DNA of 64,000 nucleotides from Octopus vulgaris (taxonomy: Eukaryota). The notes below the pieces were generated by a model. It saw only the letters and a program-made list of their open reading frames with translations, had not been told where the DNA came from and did no database searches. This document shows, piece by piece, positions 55,071 through 64,000 of the stretch. The position numbers and the translations under genes were made by a program. The stretch is from contig OX597814.1 of the NCBI GenBank assembly GCA_951406725.2, forward strand, positions 119,660,001 through 119,724,000. The letters run 5' to 3'. The stretch's first letter is position 1. The number at the start of each line of letters is the position of its first letter.

Positions 55071-56579
55071 TATATATATACATATGCCTTTTGTAGTGAT
55101 ATTAAACAATGCCACATATACATACACACATAGATATAACTTGTGAAAATAATTAAAACCCTTGGTATTATATTAGAATAGGAGCATTCAAAGATATTAA
55201 TTTTATTATGTTGTTACACCATTTCGAATTGCTACCACTCGAGACAATTAAGATTTTGAGTCCTTATCGAAAACCGGTCACGTAGATTCATTACTAATAA
55301 TGGTACAAGTATATTTCAGTACATCTTTGAATAATATACATGAGAGAGCAGAAGGCAAGAGCAAGAAAGAGAAAGACGAATTGATGTTGATAGTGGGAAT
55401 AAGTTATGAGCTATTTTAAATTTACAGTAGCTGGTTACTCACTATACTGTAGATAACATCAGATCAATTCATCTACGTAGCATTGTTTGATTTCATTAGT
55501 TTTAGGAATAGTAAGAGCTGCATTGAAGCTGGGATTCCTCATTACAATTTCACATGTTTCTTGAAACTTATAAACAACATCTATATTTGATTCAATGGTA
55601 AATGTAAGGTTTTTCAAAGAAAAATTATATTAAAGCAAAAGTGAGGTATATTACAAATTGATTTTGAAGCATTGGAGATTAAACGTTTCCACAGTGATCA
55701 GACTTCCTGTCGCAGTATCATCTCTTTGTTAAGGTCATCATGTTCGATCTAGAATAATGCTAGAAATGTAGAACAGAAAAGAACAAAAAACCGATATCTT
55801 CGGGGCTGCAGCATTGGATAGAAATAGTTCCCTTTATCGCTTGAAATTTAATACTTTACTTTCACTGTAAAATCAATTACAATCTCCGTCGGTAATTTCT
55901 CTTAACATATATTTTTATATCTTCTACGAGTCTCAGCGATCAGCGTGCGGCCAAGCTGGGACATCGCTTTTACGGGATTTAATTGATAATATCAATGAAT
56001 TTTGTGATATTCACTTCATATCTCTCTTCAAATTGAAAATCAAAGAGGAAATTGGCTTGACAGGAACCAACTTGGTTCAATATGAATGCCGTAGGGTATT
56101 GTTGTTCCAAGGAACGGGATTATATGGGCGTATGCTTGTAAAACGCTCACGAACATGTCCATGTGTCCATGTGTGTGTATGTGCATGTATGTGAGTGTGT
56201 TTGTCCGTGTTTGTGAGTGTGTATATATATATGTATGGACAGGGTGTTAGATTAATCATCGTAAGTCGTAGATTTGTTTCCTGTTCCTGGCAGCAAGTTC
56301 TCTCCATGATCGGGGCAATTTAGCCAACTCAGCTGTAAACTATACCAGCCAACTGCTGGTGTAGCTTTGTAGCCCTCTCACTCCAGATGTTACGTACTGG
56401 ATGTCCCACTTTGGCTATGGTGAGGAAGTTCTGAGATGGGGTCTACATCTATACGCGACTACGTAGTCACCAAAAGAACTTTTGGAATCGTGGCACAAGC
56501 TACCGTGTCACACACCAGTGATTAATGGCTAAAGGGATCGTCATTAACACGTTTGTTTCATAATCACGTGAGATTGGGA

Positions 56580-56963
56580 AGGCGCGCTAACAGAAACGTT
56601 AGCACGCCGGGCGAAATGCTTAGCGGTATTTCGCCTGCCATTACGTTCTGAGTTCAAATTCCGCCGAGGTCGACGACTTTGCCTTTCATCCTTTCGGGGT
56701 CGATTAAATAAGTACCAGTTACGCACTGGGGTCAATATAATCGACTTAATCCGTTTTACTGTCCTTGTTTGTTCTCTCTGTGTTTAGCCCCTTGTGGGTA
56801 GTTAAGAAATACATATTTCGTCTGTCTTTATGCTCTGAGTTCAAATTCCGCCTTTTATCCTTTCGAAGTCGATAAACGAAGTAACAGTTGTGTAATGGTG
56901 TCGATCCAATTGACTGGCCCCCTCCCCAAAAAATTCGGGCCTTGTGCTTAGAATAGAAAAGAA
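56580..56963 (+). mobile_element. SINE family D (dimeric, Meta/MESC-like core)
   Basis: B-box GAGTTCAAATTC occurs twice. The core GACTTTGCCTTTCATCCTTTCGGGGTCGATTAAATAAGTACCAG resembles the MetaSINE domain. The second unit is a degenerate repeat of the first. Confidence 0.8.
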
Positions 56964-58210
56964 TCACTTGAGATTGTGTTCAAAAGAGATTCTTTTCAGA
57001 TATGAATAAACAGAAACTATATAATCGTCTCTTAAATATATTATCTCATTGTGTTACGCTGACTCCAGCAGAAAATTACTTTACATATGCACATAATATA
57101 ATGCGCAGCCGCCACTTGCACGTCTCTTCACTGTTGTACTCAGTAACTTACAGGTTAATTCCATGAACTTCGAAGTCCTGTTAATCGTGAAACTGAAATT
57201 TCAGGAACGAAAACTTCGGTCGAAATCTAATATTTATGTAATTAAAATTCAGAATCAAATCAATCCAATGTGGAACTTCGCTGGTAATGAGTAAATAAAT
57301 CAAATGAGGTTCGAATAAAGAATGAATGTAATGCAAATAAAATTTGCATCAACTCAGGTTCTTTGTCAGAACAGAATAGAGGAAAGAAAAAATATTCATT
57401 ATCCGGTGTTATATTAGATCTTCCATCAAACACCCTGTGACAGTCGTTCTCAACCGAGGCCTATTTGGTTGAGGAACACTGCCCTAGGAGATTTGCCTAC
57501 CAATCAGTAAACCTACCCCATAATATCTCTGACCACATTCACTTCAACTACACCCACAATTTCACCCATCCGACTCTCTGCTCCCTTTTACTCATTCCCT
57601 CATCACCGTTTTAGTTCTTCCACTGATCATCCTCTCTACGCAGAACGAATTATATTGGCATCTACACCATTTTTCCTAACGCTTTCCTTCCACTCATTTT
57701 CTCGATTCTCCTTGCTTATGTCAGCTCACAATTTATAACATTCACCCCTACTCCTATCTCAAATCTCTCCTCGTATCACACTACTCTATTGCAGCCATTT
57801 AAACATAAAACATTCCTAATCTTATATCTCTTCTCTTTTGGTACCTCGTCAACACCATTTCTATCAGCTGCTTCATTTCGTCTAACTTATCCATATAAAA
57901 TGCAATGTAGCCGTAGTCTTCTCTATAACAAAAAATTGTTCCTGTCCGTTATATTCTACTTTAAATTATAAACTCCTCATATACAATCACCTCCCCCTTT
58001 ATTATGCTCTATGTAAGACAAAGGGTCCCTCTATTGCCGACAGTTATCAGGCGAATTGACTTGAGCCAATGATAGAAAATAGTGCCATGTACACTCTCTA
58101 ACGACATCTATCTGTAGAAACCATGTCAAAACTGAAATGGGGTCAAATCGTCAGTTACATGCTTCCACGGAAAACGGACGTGAGCTGGATATATGTAGTT
58201 TTATATTATA

Positions 58211-58586
58211 CTAGCAGTATCGCCCGGCGTTGCTCAGGTTTGTAAGGGAAATAACTATAAAGCACTTTTAGAGAGTTATAGCCAAAAAATAGCAAAAAAA
58301 TGGAAAAAAAATGATGGTAAATTTTTTTTGAGAGTTAAAAAAGGTAGAGTTGCGTCCCCTAGACGGTCTGTGGTTTGGGTTTCTAATTCTCGACCCCATG
58401 TCGAATTTATCGATTTTTTTCAGAACTGGGGGAACTTTTCAAAATTTTCGCTGCGTTAGTTTTGAATTATGACATTGGGCTATGTGTGTGTCAAGTTTCA
58501 TCAGAATCGGTTGAAAGCCGTGGTCAGGGTGAGGGTACGAGAAAACAGACACACAGAAACACGCACAGACAAACTGCCGTTTATAT

Positions 58587-58589
<3 letters not shown>
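58211..58589 (-). mobile_element. Non-autonomous Helitron
   Basis: Minus strand starts A|TCTATATAAA and ends CCTGAGCAACGCCGGGCGATACTGCTAG|T. The last ~65 bp are nearly identical to the end of the 24723 element. Confidence 0.85.
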
Positions 58590-58649
<60 letters not shown>

Positions 58650-61600
58650 AAGCTTGTGTGTTTAGGTGTGTAAGGTTATTTGAATGGAGTATGCGGGTTG
58701 AGTACGTGTGTGTAAATGAGAGACTTAATCTAATTATTACGTAAATATGTTTTACTTATAATGAAGCACTTCATGGTACCAATATTTCGAGTCTAGAGAC
58801 ATTATTTACAGAGTAACGCACAAGGAAATTCCCTAAATTGAAATGGTTGGCACCACCGTTAAACCTTAGGTGTATGTTTATTTAAGGAGTTAGGGAACTG
58901 CAGGTTTACGAAGTCCTAAAGGCATCTTTGTTCAAGTGTCTTTGCAGTTGTACTGTTTTGGCCAAAGCAAAGTGATTGAAATACATGTATGTGCATGTGT
59001 ATATGTGTGTGTGAGAGAGAGAAAAATAGATCGTCCAATCGTTTATTTTCTATCACATCATATTCAGTAATGGGAATATATTGGTAACCAGAAATTTCAA
59101 ATCAATAATAACAATAGAAGCATTTTGTCTGTGGAATAATTTGAATTTAAAACAAATCGCCCGTTGACATGAATGCAATCATTGTTTGAAGATAACACCA
59201 AATATGTACAGTGTGCTGCCTGTCGACCAATGTAATTTATTCTGGTTATGTGCAATGTGTATTTCTATACTAATATTTCAACTGCATATCTCTGAAGCAT
59301 ATAGTATTGATTTATTTTGCTTGGGCACAATGCATTCTGTAGAGATTGGATGACGTAGTGCTGTGACCTTAGTTCATTGTATTAAATATACTTGCTTTCG
59401 GTACCCTAGGAGAATGAAAGACAAACACTCCTTTGTCTTCATTCGATCACAGATCAAAGAGGCACCAAAATGAGCAATATAAATCACGGAAACTGGCTCT
59501 CGAGTTTCAGCTATTTCCCATTTTATTAAAATATTTTACAAAATCGTGCACACAAAGTCGTTCACACTATATTCTAGTTGATACAGTGCACGAAACATGA
59601 ATAAAAGTCACAAAAGCACCACACACACACACACACACACTTGGTTCTTTTTTTGTTGTTTGAACACTAATTTCTATAAATTATTTACAAATAACAAAAA
59701 TTTTTTCAATCGACTATAATACATGCTATTCTACACGTTTCTTTTCCTTTCTTCCTATAAAGGAAAAATGTCTCTTTGGTTAGTACTGACGTCTTCGTAT
59801 GCCATTCGAGACAATGCATCAGCACCACTTCGAATAGTTCTTTTCTTTATTGGTTACGGATTAGTGAAATGCTTAAATTATTAGCGCGTCTGATCTTCTT
59901 ACAGCATTTGCTCTGGGTCTCAACGTTTCGAATATAAATCCTACTGATGCCATTTACTTTTTCATTTTGGAGTTGAGAAAACTAGCATCAATTCAGAGCG
60001 ATGTGTAGGTAAAAATGTTCGACTGTAGGACTTGCTATCTCAACATCTCTTCGCAGTCTCTGAGTTATGATGGAAACACTTCAAATTATATTGATACTAA
60101 GCTCCACCGCCTACTAATTTCCCGTTCTACATCTATAACAGAGAAGAGAGAGAGCTCATAGGTGAACCGTGACAGATGCTTTATTAATTACAATAATCTA
60201 ACAAATAGCATTAAAATTACGCGAAGTAAACTACTATCAAATATAAGAGTCTTACTAAAATTTAATTCAACCTTTAAAAATTTCACACCACCTTGCGCTG
60301 TTATCGACTTTACCTATCATCTCAAATTTATCGATAAAATAATTTATATCCCTGCCCATTATTTATCTCCATAACAAGTTTTTGGCCCTGCACTTGTGTC
60401 AAAAATCAATAGAAAATCTATTAACATTAATCACGATCTTAAGTCTTGATGAGCTAAGCGTAGATACTGAAATTTTCATATAATTATGATGGACTTCATA
60501 TATCTCGTTCAAAGAAGCGGTATTAGTTTTCAATAAATAGTTTTCGTTTTCTTTTTATTGTTGCTTGTGTGACTTCTCACTGTTTATACCATTAGTCCAT
60601 ATGATATAGAACATGCATTCTCAAAGACATGAGATTTATATTATGGTTAAACACATAATTACAGTGATCCAATTTGAAGGAATTCTTCACATTTTTACGT
60701 TAATTCCAATAAATTCCTTTGGTGTTGCATAATAAACTTACATAGGAAGCCAATAATATCGAATGTCATTACATGTCTAGAAATACAAATATATTTCTTA
60801 CTGACTGTGAATTTGTGAATGTCTGTCTGCTTGTTTTATATATTTTTTCGTTTTGCTACATCAATCAATATTATAGTAGATTGTTGATATAGATTACTAA
60901 CTAGATGTTCAACAAGCACGGGTAGTTTGACATTAGCCAATATACAGGTGTGAGGACAATGATTGCACGTACATAACCATTTAAAAATGTCACTCAGTTT
61001 TTCGTATGAAGATGATAGAATAATCAATCCAGAGAATCTTTACCAAATTATGGAATCACTGGCTTAATTGGCTGAGGTTTTCACGATGTGAAATTAGAAT
61101 GGATTAAATCAAATATTTAATGTTACATATTAGCCATATTGGAAACATCTCCGGAAACATCAACTCTCACTTGTCCGAAAGGAATGATAGCCGCGTCAGT
61201 CGCTCTGGTCTTAGATGGTTTGTTGACGCCCGATGGTGTTGCTCTTTTCCGCAGAGTAACCGAAATATAAAATGAAATTACTTAACTAGTCACATTAGAT
61301 TGCCGCTCCGATATTTCCTGGAATTAAATTCTCAATTGGTCCCTGCTTATGTCAGGTGTAGGTATAGTTAAGTACGAATAAGTAAAAACCTTGCTCTAGG
61401 AGGAGGGATATCTTGTGCAGATATCTTATTTCTCCGTGGGAGAATGAATAATGAATGATGTGTAAATAAACGGTACTACTGTTGTTTCAAGCTGTGAATT
61501 ATACATTTTCTCATGCGTGTTACACTACATAAGTATACTTCATATTTATAAGGTTTCAGGGCTAAGAGTAATAAGAGTTACGTGACGTAACCATATTTAC

Positions 61601-62404
61601 CAATATGATTAGGAACACGTTGCTTTTTCGCCTCTTTGGTGGTGGGGCGACACTTTTAAAGAAAAGAAACCGAATCTACTTCACTAATAATCTTATCAAA
61701 GCAAAAGACATAGTGTTACTCAAATACAGTCCAGGATTCATCCGGTAAGTTAAAAATTTCTCATTAAATTGAACAATCGGATATTGCCGAGCGTTTAAAT
61801 AAAAACGGCATTGAAAAATATTAGATGGAAGTGGGAAAAGTTTGCATTAAATATTCGAACACTTATAAAATCAAATATTCTAATAGTCCAGTTCCTTTGT
61901 TCGTCCAACTGGGGATCTGTGAATAAAACAATCGCGTGAATAAGGTTTTCTTTTTGGTTGATTTAATATTGAGATATCCGGATACGATATTTTAGTTGTG
62001 ATGTTTTGAGGACGGTTGTTTGATTGTGTTACTTCTGAAAACCACATAAACGCACATGTCAACACACCCGCACAAAAAATGTATATATTATCTACAGAGA
62101 CTGCTCCATATCCTTTAGAACCAATATGCATATAGGCTTGAAAGAAAACAAATCGAAATCGGTGCCAAGCTCGCGGAATATTTTTCGGGCGCGCGTGCGT
62201 GCAAACTGGAACAGAATTTCTCGATACATGCTGTATTGGCTATTATTTGGGTGAAACTGTGGGTATATTCTCCGTCGATTCTTATTTTATCATTGAGTAA
62301 TGATAGAAAAGTTTTGTTCGCATCACTCCCAGCCACCCATGAGCGCGCGCGCACACAAACGTATATATATGCACACACACACACTCACACACACATGCAT
62401 ATAG

Positions 62405-62437
<33 letters not shown>

Positions 62438-62468
62438 TTAAAGACATAAAATGGAATTAAAAGGATTC

Positions 62469-62985
62469 TTTAAAACAACAACAATAGTATTGTCGTATTA
62501 TTGTACCTGTAGTTCATAGATAAGATGTTGTGCAGCCAATTATCTTAAAACACAGGTGAAGGCTTCACCTCCTCAGGTGACTGTTTAAACAAGTTCCTCG
62601 CTATATCCTCTCGTAATTTCGCTCTGTTTAATAATGTAAATGTAGATTGATGTGGCAGTCTTGCAGTTCACATACTGAACTAATCGTAGATTCAAAGAAT
62701 GATGAGGTACATATTCAATAAAAAAATTAAAGTATTCAGATAAAAAAATACATAGATAAAAAGTCGATAAATGAAAACAAAATAAAGATATAAATGATAA
62801 TATAACGAATGCTAAAAGTGTTTGTTTACCTATAAATAGTGAGAGGATATAGCGAGGAACTTCTTTAAACACTTACATAAGGAGTAGCATTCTACATTTG
62901 GGATGTAAGATAATTGACTGCGCATCTGACTTACGGAGAATACAGGTGCGAGAATGCGTTTAAACAATTGTAGTGGTTTTTTAAA
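62469..62985. repeat. Old inverted repeat: about 145-bp diverged arms with a spacer of about 225 bp
   Basis: 62582-62612 matches the reverse complement of 62841-62871 at 30 of 31 positions. Further matches outward include GCAGCCAATTATCTTA/TAAGATAATTGACTGC and ACCTGTA/TACAGGT. Confidence 0.85.
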
Positions 62986-63438
62986 TAAAGTATCTCGCTA
63001 GTTCCACCTTCTGTCTTTCATATATTTATATAAACTCTACGGACACTATGGAACACGTGAACTATATCCAGTAGCATGTGCATGATTGCTGCATGTTGTC
63101 TCCAGGTAGCCAATAACCGTGACGAAATTTGCACTGCATTCTACAAGGTTTTTACTCAAAACTCATTTAACTGTGTGTGTGTTTATATATATATATATAT
63201 ATATATATACAATTTTGGGGGATTAATCGATATGCGGGTATTCTATTTCAGATAATAAAAAAAATAACCTAATGAGTATATCTTACTCATGATATCAGTT
63301 TGCGCATCACGAAATAATACTTAAAGGATATAACCAAATTTCCAGCTGGGTATATATACAAAAAACCCCAAGGTACAATATGTAGATGCATATAACGTTG
63401 TAGGGTTACACCTGACTGATTTGGAAAATTGTTTTCCC

Positions 63439-63442
<4 letters not shown>

Positions 63443-63528
<86 letters not shown>
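63443..63528. repeat. (TA)n microsatellite
   Basis: Direct reading. Confidence 0.97.
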
Positions 63529-63532
<4 letters not shown>

Positions 63533-63612
63533 GGAAAGCAATTTTTAAATAAATATAAATAGAAATGATACATTTTTAAATATCTCAGAGAGATTTATGC
63601 AGTAGTGGTACA

Positions 63613-63890
63613 ATAAAGTAGTTTTATACTGTCAACTTAATATGACAGTGCCATGTAGGGAATCATACTACTGCTATTTAGGCCTAGGAAGCAGCAACGC
63701 TTCCTTCGGCCTTCACACATTTCCTGTGTCCTTATGTTTGCAAAGGGGAGATAAACACCTCTCCTTTGCAAACATAAGGACACAGGAAATGTGTGAAGGC
63801 CGACAGGAAGTGTTGCTGCTTCCTAGGGCTAAATAGCAGTAATATGATTCTATTCATGGGACTGTAATATTAATTTGACAGTATACAACT

Positions 63891-63897
<7 letters not shown>
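63613..63897. repeat. Near-perfect palindrome: about 138-bp arms with an 8-nt loop
   Basis: By hand, 11 substitutions and 1 indel between the arms. The loop is ATAAACAC (63751-63758). A (TA)n tract abuts the right end. Confidence 0.96.
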
Positions 63898-63927
<30 letters not shown>

Positions 63928-64000
63928 ATGTATATATATATATATGCATACACATACTTACACACACTCACATACATAATACGTATTTGTGCACACAAGT

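Overview
AT-rich, microsatellite-dense eukaryotic DNA with no intact protein-coding gene that I can support. The repeat families look like those of Octopus or another coleoid cephalopod (inference from recognising the repeats, not from a search). The window is probably intronic or intergenic. It holds many tRNA-derived SINEs of at least four families, a decayed CR1-group LINE, 3' fragments of RTE and R4/Dong-type LINEs, and two non-autonomous Helitrons. Most listed ORFs are translation artefacts of microsatellites or SINEs. The most unusual signal is five long fold-back palindromes (18.5, 24.4, 51.4, 62.5 and 63.6 kb) plus several type I hammerhead-ribozyme motifs read by hand (4.5, 18.5, 21.6, 24.4 and 31.6 kb). 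Two palindromes consist of back-to-back hammerhead copies, one of them with perfect 117-bp arms. Two hammerheads have a greatly extended stem II. This fits a family of non-coding, Penelope-pLTR-derived ribozyme fold-back elements of different ages. The LINE's 3' tail also resembles the tail of the main SINE family, suggesting a LINE/SINE partner pair.
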